DNA of 64,000 nucleotides from Epiperipatus broadwayi (GCA_028023455.1 JAQFVV010000005.1:14384001-14448000); one strand, 5' to 3'; counted from the first letter of the stretch, positions 24,001 to 38,449 are shown. Notes: generated from the sequence alone by a model not told the origin. Numbers and translations are program-made.

Positions 24001-25365
24001 TTCTCTTCCCCTTAAACTCTGTATATCCTTAACTAAGCATTCATATGTGCTATTGTTCCACCCCATTATAGCTTGACCATCTCCACCTTCCATTCTTGTC
24101 TTCCTAACCTTATCACAAATCACAAATGTTCTTGACATTTAACAATATTTAAATATTTTTTTGACATAACTCCTATACGACCATCCCTTTTTTCTTTTCT
24201 ATTTATATCCTGCTATATCAAGTCTTACAATATAGATTCTTTTTTTCTTAGACATGTTTCCACTGCTGCTAGTACCTCAAGCTCTTCATTTTTAACTGCT
24301 TTGTTTAATTCCAGCCACTTTTCTGGTGTTCTACCACCTTGCATATTCAAATATCTAATTTTAACAATTTCTTCTTTCCTAACTACTCTTTTATAAATTC
24401 TTTTGACTCCTTCTTCTCCATTACATTTATAAATAACTTGCTTACCATTAATTTTACAAACTCATTTCCTCTCCACATCTACATTTATATCTAAATCAGC
24501 TACCCTTTGTTTATTTCTTACATTCTGTCCATTCTTCTTCCTTTTGATAACACTACAATTCAAAACCCCACTCCCCTTTATAAGTTTCCTGAACTATATT
24601 CTTTATAAATCAAACTTCCTAATACTTCACTTCCTTGTTTTGCTAAGTGCAATCCATCTTTACTATATAACTCCCTCTTACTAATAAAAAAATTCCACAC
24701 ATCCACAAATATAACTTCATTTTTCTCACACAATGTTTTTCATCTCATTTATTGAACATGCCTTATCTAACATATACCTGTTGTCAAATCTTGGTAATAA
24801 TCTCATTATTCCTACTCTTCCTTTTTTTTCTTACTCAAATTCCTAATCAATTCTATGTACTCATCCATTACTCTCTCCGATGGCTCTGACAAATTATTTG
24901 TTCCTACATATCTCTACTCCCTTGTTTCTTTACCTTATCTGTAAGATCCTTAATTCTAGATCCAGGCAGACATATTCTTACATACCTGTTTCTATTTTCC
25001 TGTGCAATTATATCTCCACATTCTATAATTAGCAAATCTTCTATCAATACTGTCTCATAGTTTACTTTCCTTATTTCATATAACATTCTCTTCCACCTTT
25101 TGGACTTTCTTATCATTTATATTCAATAATTCCATTATCTGCTCACACTTCATCTCTAATGATTTTAATTTTGCTTCTACATCTTTTACCTGTTCCTCTA
25201 TCTTACTTATTTTTTGGCTAATCATCTCCATTGCACTACCTATTTTTCCATTCATATCTCATCACTCCACTAAAATCATGCTCTATCCTACCTTCCTCAA
25301 CTACATTTTGTTCCATTTCTCCTGACTTTCTCTTTAAGCTATTTACACTTAGAAACCACTTAATT
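21089..25365 (-). mobile_element. Near full-length decayed RTE-X-like LINE (copy B): SGNH-esterase ORF1 plus APE-RT ORF2
   Basis: ORF1: CLPGSRIKDL...LLPRFD...DGLHL. ORF2: YLNMQGG, IIGDING, TIDYVLV, EKAYNRVNR, LRQGCP.SP, LLFKAQTGSLAT. The 3' tail is the reverse complement of gcatcaca. Many stops and frameshifts. Confidence 0.9.
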
Positions 25366-25619
25366 ATTAACATTTTTTTTTTTTTGATACAGGTGAAGAA
25401 TATTTTGGTCAATTCTTCTGAATTTGATGTCCCATTCACAAAAACAGCATTATTTCATATTTTGCAGTACTGTAATTCTTATTTTTACATCTTCACAGAA
25501 CTTTCTAAATGTAACTTTATGTTGATGAATGATTTTTTCATATTTGCAATATGTGTAATAGTACAAAAAGTCATTTTATTTCTTTTATGAAAAAGTATTG
25601 CTTTTAACCTGACTTTTAC

Positions 25620-26080
25620 TATTCAGATTGTATTCTTCACTAAGAATCCCATGACATGGAAGAACAAACTTTACTATTATACTGTTCTAGATTCAAACTC
25701 TTTAATCTTGAACTTAAACAGTCAGCGCTCTTCTTAGATAAATTGAAATCAGAAGCAAAATTGATAAAAAAAAAAATTTCTGACAGTAAGTCTAGTTCAT
25801 TGAAAGATTAGGTAATGTGGACTATTGGATCACAAATTTCTTTGTTTAAAATTACATCCTGTGAAGGATTTGTTATTGGGAATACAGCATTATGAAGGAA
25901 CTAGTATCATAAAGTTGGCCTTTGAAATGATTCCTATTATATTTGCAAAGCAGAAATAGCAGTTTTTTTGTATAAATGCATGTGAAATAAATTATTTAAC
26001 CATCTTGTAGTGAAGGAGGCTCACTTTTTATCTTGATTACATATTTTACAATAAAATAGACTTCATAGCATTTTTTTGCT
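25620..26080 (+). mobile_element. Possible very decayed hAT transposase C-terminal fragment
   Basis: Broken peptides EEQTLLLYCSRFKLF (cf. LLDPRFK) and YWE...IKLAFEMIPI (cf. hAT dimerization domain). Weak. Confidence 0.25.
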
Positions 26081-26429
26081 GCAGTGTAATTATATTATTG
26101 CTAATTAAAAAATAGATAACATTCTACATATCAGAAATTGGGATGTCTAAGACAGTTCTACTATATAGTAGTCATTTAGATGAACACAGTATTAGTTTAA
26201 AATTAATTTAAAAAAAATTAAAAAACGCATAAAAAGGAGTAACACATCACTGCAGACCTAAACTGACTAGATTGTTATACATGTCAAACCTAGGCTCTTG
26301 CATGAACAAATCTAAACATATTTTAAAACTGAACAATTTGTTGCTATGACCAAATTTATCCAGACAGCATTATCAGATCTTTTTGTGAAAGGAATATGCT
26401 AAGATGTAGATGCAGTGCTCTCAGATCCA

Positions 26430-26580
26430 AGGCTTCTCACTGATGAAGGCCAAAAACAAGTCGGGATATTGAATGAATAGGCACTAGATAGGGATTTTAT
26501 GCACAAGCCTTTTGGCATCCATTGATTACTCTACCTTGCAGTGTGGCAATACGTATAGTGAGTTTTTGCCTGTTTTAATA
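26430..26580 (+). repeat. Second, degenerate copy of the hammerhead-bearing element at 16401-16602
   Basis: ttctca-CTGATGA-aggcc-aaaaac-aa-GTC-gggata (stem II deleted), followed by ~100 bp closely matching the reverse complement of 16445-16520. Confidence 0.75.
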
Positions 26581-28511
26581 TGCTAAATGGTGACAATACA
26601 AATATTAATGTCACTAATAGGTCCGATTTGTATTTAGAAAACTCGTCAAAATACTTGATCCGAATTATTGTCAATTTGTATTTTTCTTTGTAAATCAACA
26701 TTTTAAACTTTTATGAAATATAATAGTATTTTTATATGTAGATTAAATTATCAAAAGAACAACAGACTTTATAGAAGTATGACCAATAAAACACTTCTGG
26801 TGTTTATGTTTAGCATATTATTACAAAGCTAATTATTACAAACATGAACAATCAATAGATACTAGATGGTAGCATTATTATATTCACATACCCAAACTAA
26901 TTTCTGGCTTATGGCTACCATTAATAAGAACTTTGGATTTAAAGAATGTCACATCAAGCTAATAACCAAAAATTTTAAAAGCACTCTAAAATATATAGTT
27001 ATTGACTTCATATTACTCCATAAGCAAGATGGCTTATATTTAAAATCTTACGATAGTTTTCAATTTCACATTACTAATTTGATAGTAAAAAATAAAAAAA
27101 AATGTTGCTGGATGTAAGGAATATTAGACATAAAGTCTATATACTGTAAGGTGTGAACTAATTATGTGATTATGATAGCTCTATCAACTGTTGCTATTTA
27201 ATTATTCAAGCCTATAATAGATGGAGCTGGAATAGAGTAAAGAAAGCAACCCCTAAAATTTCATAAATATTTTTTTTTCCCCTCCCTTACTTTTTGTCTA
27301 TCATCATTGTTTAAAAATAAGTTAGTCTACTATATTTTGTATTATTTGATATATTTTGGATATTTGCAATAGTTTTATAATTTATTATTAATATCAAATC
27401 AATCTAGCAAAAAATAAAATAAAGAGATTTTGATTTTTTTAATCCCCCCACCTCCCAAAAAGAATAACATTTTGAAACCTCAATTTTTTTATTTTTATCA
27501 AATGCTACAATTAAATAAATTTGAAGAGATATCAGTTGTGTCATTGTGTACAATACATTTTTTATTATGGTTGTTATATTGCATGAGAAAATTGACAAAC
27601 TCTTCTTCAGTATGCATGCCCTTTAGGAATAATATTTGCCAATTATCTTAAAATACTGCCTATAAACAATTCACAGAAATATATTTAATGCTATGATGAC
27701 TTACTGCTAATTAGTCCATTTCAAGTGATTTCATATTATTAAAAACCTTAATTAAGAAATCCATCAAAATATGTAATAAATAGAATAATGTACTAACAGC
27801 CAGAGTAAAAAAGATATTTTGCATGATGGTTGGAACTGCCATATTTTCAAATTTATTTATATTTCTGGTATTGGATTTCTTAATTAGGATTTTTAATAAC
27901 ATGGATGTCTTATTCTGCCTTGATTAGTGTATTGTCATGTTGCACTTTGATCCCAAATGAACCGTCATTACAGTAGTAATGTAAATTATGCAGCCGTTAT
28001 ATTTACATGAATTGTTGACAGGGCCTCAAGTGGACAAGTTGAGATGCATGTACACACATGTAGATGACATCTCTTTAATATTTATTTACGTTTAATTCAA
28101 AATATGTTAACTTTTTTATTATAAATGCTAAGTTGCTTATTAATTTCTGTACCACTTGTAAACATGTTGATGCAGAGAAGGATATGCTCTTTAACAGACA
28201 AAATTTTACACACAAACGTAATTTTTAAATTGTAGTAATAAATAGTTTTAAAATATTAAAGTGAGTTGTAAACATTCTTTTTTTTTTAACTATTATAAAT
28301 ACAGGATACTTTGTTCTGTGTAGTATTTGATGCAATTGCAAATATTGAATTCAAAAGCAAAAAATCGATGAATCATAATTCAATCTATCACTTCTGGTGC
28401 TTAAAAGTCCTATGACTTCCCTAATAACAAACCATTCGATTATTTTTTATAGGATTCTTTAAAAAGCAAAACAAAAAATTCATCATTCTTATAATATGAG
28501 TTCTACACACT

Positions 28512-31500
28512 AGATGGAGCGATATAAGAAAAACAAGGAAGTGAAGTTTTAAGGAGTTTGATTTATAAAGAATATAGTTAGAGAAACTTATAAGGGGGGG
28601 GGGGGAGTTTTAAGTGGCAGGGTTATCAGAAAGAAGAAGAATGGACAGAATGTAAGTAATAATCAAAGGGTAGCTGATTTAGATATAAAGTAGATGCAGA
28701 GACGGAATGGGTCAGTAAAATTAATGGTAAGCAAATTATTTACAAATGTAATTGAGAAGAAAGAGTCAAAAGAATTTATAAAAGAGTAATTAGCAAAGAA
28801 GAAATTATTAAAATTGGGTATTTGAATATGCAAGGTGGTAGGAGACCAGAAAAGTGACTGGAATTAAAGCAATTAAAAATGAAGAGCTTGAGGTATTAGC
28901 AGTACTGAAAACACATCTAAGAGAAGAATAAGAACCTATTCTGGAAGACTTGGTATGGCAGAGTATAAATAGAAAAGAAAAAAGGATGGTATAGGAGTTA
29001 TATCAAAAAAATATTTAAATACTGTTAAATGTCAAGAACATTTGCGATTAAGGTTAGGAAGACAAGAATGGTTGGTGGCTATAGGGTATATAACCACTGG
29101 AGATAGTCAAACTGTAATGGAGTGGAACAGTAGCATATATGAATACTTAGTTAAGGATATACAAAGTTTCAAAGAAAAGGGAAAAGGTGGCTATAGTGTA
29201 TATAGCCACTGGAGATAGTCAAACTATAATGGAGTGGAACAGAGATAGTCAAACTATAATGGAGTGGAACTGTAGCATATATGAATGCTTAGTTAAGGAT
29301 ATACAGAGTTTCAAAGAAAAGGGAAAGAGAATAATGATTATAGGGGATATGAATGGGTGTATTGAAGAAATTGATGATGTAAGTAATAAGAATGGACAGC
29401 TTTTGAAGCGTTTTTGTCGGAGAGTGAATTTGACCATTGTAAATTTATCGAATATTTATGAGGGACAATACACATGGTCTAGAAATATATTTCACACAAT
29501 AGATTATGTATTAGTAGAGAAAGAGGGAATGAATAAAGTACGGAAAATTAAGTGTTTGATAATGAAGAGAGAGTATGTAATAGTGATCATAACCTCTTTA
29601 TAATAGAAATGGTTAGTAATATGATGAAAAATAGTAGTAAAAGTAGAAGGGATAGTGAAAGATGTGGATGGAGAATGAATGATGAGAATAAGTTAGAAGA
29701 GTATAAAATAAAAGTTGAAGAAACCATGGAAGAGTTGGTTTGGGATGAGTATTAGGACTGGTGTGGTGAAAGGTTTTAGGTGGTAATATTCAGAAGAATG
29801 AAAGTAATAGAAAAGTGAGAGTTAGTAAAAGTGTAAATGAGAGGGGAAAAGCATACAGAGAATATAAGTGTGCTATTAAGAACAAAGAAAGTGAAAAAGA
29901 TGTTAATACTAAATGGGAAAAGTGGCTAAAATAGATAATTATATAGAGAGAATGAAATTGAATAGTAAAGATGGGGAGTAAAAAATGTTGGAAATATCTT
30001 AAAAGAAGGAATGTAGGGGAGAGAGAATTAGTATTACTAGATGATGAGGGAATAGGTGTAGCTCTAGAAAAGAATTAGAAATAATCTTAAATAAGTATGT
30101 AATTGATATAGAAAAGATGTTAAATGTGAAGGACAGAGTGATAGCAAACATGAGATCATATAGTAATGGGAATATATGATTTACAGAAAATGAACTGAAT
30201 GAGGCAAGTAAGAAATTGAAAGGTAGAAAGGCGAGAGGTTTGGATGGATGGGCAGCAGAGAATGATAATGAATTTAGGGCAGAAGGCAAAATTAAAACTA
30301 TTATGTTTTAATAAGATGATACAGAAGAGAGATTTTCCGGGTAGTTGGAGTAATACAAGAGTAAGGCTACTATTTAAAGGGAAGGTAAGGATCATAGAAA
30401 GTTAAACAATTATAGACCGATTGTGGTAATGTCAGTGCTGTATAGTTTTCTCATATATGTGGCTAGAAGGGTTGCAAAATGGATGGAAGAAAATAATATA
30501 GTGGGAGAAATGCAAGGAGCTTTTTGATCAGGTAGGCATATAGGAGATAGTTTATTTGTTGTTACACAACTTATAGATATGAGTAGGAATACAGGTAGAC
30601 AGTTATATATGGTTTTTATAGATATAGAGAAGGCGTATGATAGAATAAAGTAGAAATAGATTATGGGTAAATTTAGTAAATTTGGGAATGAATGGAACTT
30701 TAGTGGATATTATTAACAAAATATGTTAAAATAATTACTATACATATCAATTACGGAATATAGAATCTGGCAAAACTTTCCATGTGATGATATAGAATCA
30801 GTTAAAGTTAAAAATGGGGGTGGTCTAAGGCAAGGATGTCATCTGTCACCTATTTTGTTTTTGTTGTATTTGAGAGAAATGGAGAGAGCAATAGAACGAC
30901 TAAGAAGAGGCGTAGAGATACCATTAATAGATGGCAAGGGAGTATATACATTGTTGAGTCTTTTATTTGCAGATGTTTTTTTGTGCGCAGAAAGAATTGA
31001 AATTATTCTGAGGACATGCGAAAGGTGGGTAAAAAGATGGGGATTAAATTTAGTGAAGAAAAATCAAAAGTAATGATGATTAATACTGGAGAAAGAGAAG
31101 ACAAAAGAATTTTTATCGGGAGATATAGAGTTAAGTGTGGTGAATAGATATAATTATTTGGAAATCATCTTAAGTAATCAGAGAAATTGCTTGGACGAAT
31201 AGGAGAAAAAATTGATAAAAATGAAGCAAAGAAAAGAAAGGGATTGGCAAAAGAAATTAGCAGTATTCTCGTATAATAAATATGCAGCTCGAATTGTATG
31301 GAAGGGAGTGACAATAGCAGGGTTAACATATGGTAGTGATGTGTTATGTGTTAATAAAGGGGTATTAGATTACTTAGAAAAAATACAGAGATGTAGGAAG
31401 ACATGCATTAGATGCAGAAGTGTGAATGATAAAGGAGGCAATTCAAGGAGAAATGGAATGGTCAAGTTTTTATATGAGAGATGCAAAAAGCAAAATGAAA

Positions 31501-32220
31501 ATGTTCGATAGATTGCAGTTTATGGATAATAAAAGAATAGCCAAAATAGTATTTAATTGGGTTATGAATAAAGGGCAGGCAACAAGATGGGTGCAAAAGG
31601 TAATACGATATGCAGAAGATTTAGATAAAGAATTTATGTCAGTATACTAATACAAAAGGTGGGATGATTGTGTAGAAGAATTGTTATAGTGGTAAGGAAT
31701 GGGATAGAAGAATAGATGCATTAATAAAGAATAGAGAGTTGGAGAGCTAGTATGGAGAGTAAAAAGAGTTTAAATATTTACAGAAGTGAACAGAATATTG
31801 GGTGTGAGTTAATTTATGATAAAAGCAAGGAAAGTAGTTTACTGTTTAAGGCTCGAATGGGATCTTTAGCAACATGGGAATATACACATAAATGGAAAAA
31901 TATGGGTGATTTAGTCTGCAAGTTGTGCAAGGAAGGCATAGAAAATTTTAGGCATCTGTTAATTGAATGTAAATGCTTGAAAGCAGAAAGGGTACAAATA
32001 ATGAAGTTGTGAAAGAATAAATATGAAACAAAGTAATTATATAGAAAGTGGCTTATTGGTATTATGTTGTGGAAATGAGATGGAGCAGGATAGAGAAGAA
32101 TATGGGAAAACTTGGTGTAGGAAATGGAAAGGGAAGTCAAAGTGGCTAACAGGTTTTTCTGGGCATAGTTACTGAGAGATTCCTGACTCCGTATAAGGAA
32201 AGTCACAATGCATCACATCA
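28512..32220 (+). mobile_element. 5'-truncated decayed RTE-X-like LINE (copy C)
   Basis: Begins in the esterase C-terminus. APE (IIGDMNG, HTIDYVLV, SDHNL), RT (EKAYDR, LRQGC.LSP, LLFAD) and C-terminal CKLCKEGIENFRHLLIECKCL. Internal tandem duplication at ~29080-29300. Tail gcatcacatca. Confidence 0.9.
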
Positions 32221-35200
32221 GTACTTTGGTAGAGTGTACTGTATGTTACAAGGTGTTTCATTTGAAATGCTTAAATAAGACTAGGAAGGCTGTTACAGGT
32301 GTGTGGTTATGTAGATCATATATAAATATGATAAAAGAGGTGAAAAATGGTTTCAAAGTGTAGATAGTTTAAAGAAAAAGTTATGGCAAAATGGAGGAAA
32401 GGTGGATAGAATAGAATATGTATTTAGTGGAGTGACGAAATATAGATGACAAAATAAAGGAAAGTAAACTATGAGACAGTATTGATAGGAAATTCGTTAT
32501 TTAGAGAATGTGAAAATGAAATTGCAAGTGAAAATAAGTATGTAAGAGTATGGTTTCCTAGAGTTAGAGTTGTTACTGTTAATATAAAGAAAGAAGGGAG
32601 TAGGGGCGTTTATGTTATAGTAGGGACAAATAATTTGTCAGAGCCATTGGAGAGAGTAATGAATGAATACAAAAAATTGATTAGTAATTTGAATAAGATT
32701 AAAGAAAGAGTAGGAATAATAGGAATATTACCAAAATTTGATAATAGGCATATATTAGATAGGGCATGTTCTATAAACGAGAGATTGAAAGAATTATGTG
32801 AAAGAAATAATGTTATGTTTATGGATGTGTGGAATATTTTTTATTAGTAAGAGGCTTAGCAAAACAAGGAAATGAAGCATTAGGAGATTTGATGTATAAA
32901 AAATATTATAGTTTGGGAAATTTATAAATGGGGAAGAGTTTTAAATTACAGTATTATCAAAAAGGTTAAGAAACAAAGGGTAGCTGACTTAGATATAAAT
33001 GTAGATGTGAAGAGGGACTAGATCTGTAAAACTAATGATAAACAAGCTAATTACAAATATAATAGAGAAGAAAGAATCAAAAGAATTTATAAAAGGGTAA
33101 TAAGAAAAGAAGAAAATGTTAAAATTGGATAGTTGAATATGCAAGGTGGTAAGAGACCAGAAAAATGGCTGGAATTAAAGTGATTAAAAACGAGGAGCTT
33201 GAGCTATTTCAGTAATGGAAACATCTAAGAGGAGAAGAATCTACACTGGAAAACTTCGCATGGCAATGTTTAAATAGAAAAGAAAAAAGGGGTGGTGGTG
33301 TACGAGATATGTCAAAAAAAATATTTAAATACTGTTAAGTGTCAAGAATATTATTTGTGGTTAGGAAGACAAGAATGGATGATGGCTATAGAGTATATGG
33401 CCACTGCAGATAGTCAAATTGTAATGGATTGGAACAGTAACATATGTGAATGCCTAGGTAAGGATATGCAGAGTTTCAAAAAAAGGGGAAGAAAATAAAT
33501 GATTATAGAGAATATGAATGGGCCTTATTGAAGTAATTGATGACATGAATAACAAGAATGGATAGTTTTTGAAAAAAAATTGCCAGAGAATGAATTTGAG
33601 CATTGGAAATTTAACAAATATTTATAAGGGACAATACATATGGTCCTGAAATAATATATTTCACACAATAGATTATGTATTGGTAGAGAAAGAGGGAATG
33701 AATAAAGTACGGAAAATTAAGGTGTTTGATAATGAAGAGAGAGTATGTAATAGTGATCATAATTTCTTTTATAATAGAAATGGTTAGTAATGTGATGGAA
33801 AATAGTAATAAAAGTACAAAGATTAGTGAAAGATGTGGATGGAGAATGAATAATAAGTTAGAAGAATATAAAAGTAGAAGAAATCATGGAAAAGTTTGTT
33901 GGGGGTGAATATAAGAACTAGTGAGGTGAAGTATAAATAGTGGCAATAGAGTTTTAGGTGAGAATATTCGGAAGAATAAAAGGAATAGAAAAGTCAGAAT
34001 TAGTAAAAGTATAAAAATGAGGGGGAAAGCCTGCAGAGAATATAAATGTGCTATTAAAAACAAAGAAAGTGAAAAAAATGTTTTATTAAATGGGGAAAAT
34101 ATTTTTTAAAAAAAAGAAGTTGGCTGAAATAGATAATTATAGAGAATGAAATTAAATAGTAAATTATTGGAGAATATTAATAAAAGTTGAAGAGATGGGA
34201 GTAAAAAAATTTGGAAATATATTAAAAGAAGGAATGTAGGAGAGAGATGATGAGGGAAAAGAGTGTAGCTCTAGAGAAGAATTAGAGACAATTCTAAATA
34301 AGTATACTGGATAAAGAAAAAATGTTAGATGTGAAGGATAATAGTATATAATAAAGGAAATATTAGGTTTATGGAAAATGAATAAGGCAGGTAGAAATTG
34401 AAAAATCGATGGGCAGTAGAGATAGCGATGAATTTAGGAAATAGGACAAAATTAAACCTATTATGTTTTAATAAGATGGCACAGAAGGTAGAATTTTCAG
34501 ATAGCAGGGATAATACAAGAGTAAGGCTATTATTTAAAGGAAAGGATAAGGATCATAGAAAGTTAAACAGTTATAGAATGATAGCGGTAATGTCAGTGTT
34601 ATATAATTTTTTGCATATATAGTGGCTGGAAGGGTGGCAAAATGGATGGAAGAAAATAATATAGTGGAGAAATACGAGGAGGTTTTTGATTGGATAAGCG
34701 TATATAAGATAGTTTATTTATAATCACACAACTTATAGATATGAGTAGGAATACAGGTAGACAGTTCTATGTGGTTTTTATATATAGAGAGAGAATGCAT
34801 ATAATAGAGTAAATAGAAATTGATTATGGGTAAGCTAAGTAAATTTGGGAATGGATGGAGCTTTAGTGGATCGCATCAATTAGGGAGTATAGAATCTGTT
34901 AAAGTTAAAAATGGGGACTAAGGCAAGGATGCCCTATATTACCTATTTTATTTTTATTGTATTTGAGAGAAATGGAGAGAGCAATAGAAGTACTAGGAAG
35001 AGAGGTAGAGATGCCATTAATAGGTGGTAAGGAAGTGTGTATATTATCAGGTCTTTTATTTGCTGCTGATATGTTCTTGTACACAGAAAGTAGAGACAAT
35101 ATGGGAATTATTTTGAAGATGTATGCAATGGTGGGTAAAGGGATGGGGATTAAATTTAGTGAAGTAAAATCAAAAGTAAGAGAAGAGAATGAATTTTTAT

Positions 35201-36342
35201 TAGGGGATATAAAATTAAATGTGAATAAGTATACCTATTTGGAAATCATCTTAAGTAATCGGAGAAATTGCTTGGATGAATGGGAGAAAAAAATTAATAA
35301 ATGAAGCAAAAAAAAAAAAAGAAAGGGACTGATAAAGAAATTAACAGTCTTTTCATATAATAAATATAATGTAGCTAGAATTGTGTGGAAGAGAGCTATA
35401 GTAGCAGGGTTAACTGATGGTAATTATGTGTTATACGTTAGTAAAGGGTTGTTGGATTACTTGGAAGTACAAAGAGAAGTAAGAAGAAATGCATTAGATG
35501 CATATGTGTGGATGGCAAGTCAAGGAGAAATGGGATGGTCAAGTTTCTATGAGAGATGCAAAAAGCAAAAGGAAAATGTTCAGTAGATTGCAATCTATGG
35601 GTAATAAGAGAATAGCCAAAATAGTATTTAATTGGGTTATGAGTAAAGGACAGACAACAAGATGGGTGAGAAAAGTAGTATGGAATGCAGAAGATTTGAA
35701 TAAAGACTTTATGTCAATATACTTATACAAAAGATGGGATGATTATGTTAGGAGAATTGTTGAGTGTTATAATGGCAAGGAATGGGATAGTAGAATAGAT
35801 GCATTGATAAAAAATAGGGAGATGGAGAACTGTATGGAGAATAAAAAGAGTTTAAATATATATAGAAGTAAACAGAATATTGGGTTTCGAGTTAATTTAT
35901 TATAATAGCAAGGAAAGTAGTTTACTGTTTAAGACTCTTACACATAAAAGGAGAAATGTTGGTGATTTAGTCTGCAAGTTATGTAAGGAAGGCATAGAGA
36001 ATATTATGCATCTGTTAATTGAATGTAAATGCTTACAAGCAGAAAGGGTACAAATAATGAAGTGTTGGAGAATAAATATAAACAAAGTGATTATACAGAA
36101 TATAGGTTCTTGGTTTTTATGCTGGATTTGGAAAAAGATAAGGGGGATTTATATATAAAGGCCATGGAGTGGACAAAGATAATGTAAAATGGGATGGAGC
36201 AGGATAGACAAGAGTATGGGCAAAACTTAGGATGGTGAATGGAAAGGGAAGGTATGATAAGGTGGCCAACAGGTTTCTCTGGGCATAGTGGCTGAAAGAT
36301 TCCTGACTCAGAAAGGAGAAGCCATAGCACATCGCATCACAT
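32221..36342 (+). mobile_element. Decayed RTE-X-like LINE (copy D) with PHD-finger plus SGNH ORF1, directly fused to the tail of copy C
   Basis: Starts TLVECTVCYKVFHLKCLNKTRKAVTGVWLCRS (PHD-like), then IGNS...VGTNNL...GILPKFD...NERLKELC (SGNH). ORF2 APE/RT and CKLCKEGIENIMHLLIECKC. Tail gcacatcgcatcacat. Confidence 0.9.
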
Positions 36343-37025
36343 GGATAAAGTTTATAAAATTGTATGGAAACTTTTTTTGAAACAGTTTTATGAAATTATA
36401 AATTAATTAAGATAATTAATTATGTTTGATTTTGATCTTTTCTACTGTCTATATATACATATTTAAAATTTTTCATAAAAAAATTTCCTTTCCATTATCT
36501 TTTTTATAAAATGTGTCATTCATTCAATTATAATTTAGTTTTAATTTTTAAAAAAATTAATTGTTCATCTTTTCAGGGAAAATAAAACAATTTTTTATTT
36601 AAAAAAATGAAATATTTACTGCTTTTGCAGTGGTATGTAGAATTTATTAGTTTCACTTTTTGGTTGCCATAACTTTGTTTTATTTGGTAACTGTAATATG
36701 ATTGAAAAATTGTTTTACTTCATTTGTTAAATTATAATTATTGGTTTCATTATGAGCAGCCTGGCATGTTGTGGACGAGATAAACCCGTCTCATAGCTGT
36801 AGATTTACTGAACCCTGTTACAGTTGCTACATGGATGATGATATATCGTTGTTACACTCCCAGAGAGGACCACTAGATAAAATCTATTCGATGTAATGAA
36901 TAATTAACCACATGAAAGAAATTTACATTTTCTGGCAAGCATGACAATAATACCCACATCCAATAATCATTCTAAATTATTTTTTTCTTTAATAGCCCGT
37001 CATGAAAGAAAAAGATCTCTTATGA

Positions 37026-37156
37026 GATGAATGGATGCAATAAGTAAGTGTGCATGAGTAATGTGGAGAAGAGAGACTAGAGATCGGAGAAGATATGGAT
37101 TGAATTTGGGGAGATCTTCATCCTGCAATCGATTGATAATGGTTGATGATGATGAT
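37026..37156 (+). mobile_element. Short 3' end of the RTE family seen at 4258-5006
   Basis: Matches 4880-5006 (ggagaagat-ggattgaa-ttgg...catcctgca...gataatggttgatgatgatgat). Confidence 0.8.
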
Positions 37157-38449
37157 TGATACTTAGTATTTGAATGATGTAGGTTTCATTAATAGATTCC
37201 TTACATAAAATTCCTTTCATGCACACACATGAAATAGGTATTGTATATATCCATATTGAATATCATTTCATGTTATTTGTGTTATAGATATTATTATTGT
37301 TATTAAAATGTATTATACATTTTAATAGTAACAATAAACACTATATTTTGACACATGGGTTACATGAATATATATATATACACTTAAAGTTTATACATAA
37401 ATTAGTATTACAGGAAATAACTTGAAAGCTTAAACAAAATAAAATAATCTGTATGATCTGGAAATTGTTTCTCTACATCCATTTGGAAGTATAGATGTCC
37501 TGGGATATGAACTGTTTTCATAATCCTATAGCTGACAGGTTAACTTGGATGTATAATAACCAATTGCAATATCTATTTCGAGGATTGGAATGTGTGCACT
37601 CTAAATTATTTTCAAATTAATAAAAATTGAATAATAATTAGGACAATAAAGTAAGATGTGTTAACAGCCTAATTAGAAAAAGACAGTAGACAGATAAAAA
37701 AAATTGAATGATGATCTGTGAGATTAATATGGAAAAAAATAGTCATAGATGTATTGTTTGATTTTGGAGAAGTGTATTATGAGAGGAGGAGGATGTACTA
37801 TTCAATGAAAATTGTGTAAACAATAATAATAATTAGAGTTGTAATGGTTTTACTTGTGGTAAAAATATAAAAATAAGAATTATAGTAGTAGATGTTAATG
37901 AGATCTAAATTTAGGAAAAAGATGCAAGCAGAAAAGATGAAACAAGAAGAAATAGGTAATGAAATGAAAATCTTGGAAGCAATACAGGATAGTATAGTAG
38001 TCTTCAAAAGCAGGAAGAGCAATTGCTAGAAATCTAATATCTATTTTACATTAAATAGTGACATGGGAATGAAAACAAAGAAGAGAGTCAACAAATATGG
38101 TTGAAAATGTTAAAACGGAATAAAGAAAACAGGAAATGTTAAAAGATAACATAAGTATGCAATATATGTGTGAGGTGCATAGTAATAATGATACTGCATG
38201 TAAATATAATATGGATGTCAGATCCGTGGATAGGCATAATGAGGATATTGATGTTTTTGTTATAGATGATTATTTGAATGAAGACACAAATGAAGAAAAA
38301 TGTGATGAGCAAAGGTATAAAATTGATGTAAAAAATAATGATGAAGATGAATTGAATGGATACTTCATTGATACAAATGTTAATATACATGTTACAAATA
38401 ATTATGTAGATGAGACCTAAAGCAAAAATAATTAACTTGGAAAATGAAT

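Noticed and set aside
25393-25590. Strong-looking acceptor (poly-T, CAG) and open frame, possible host exon
   Set aside because: No recognisable product or donor, and the ORF begins antisense to LINE copy B.
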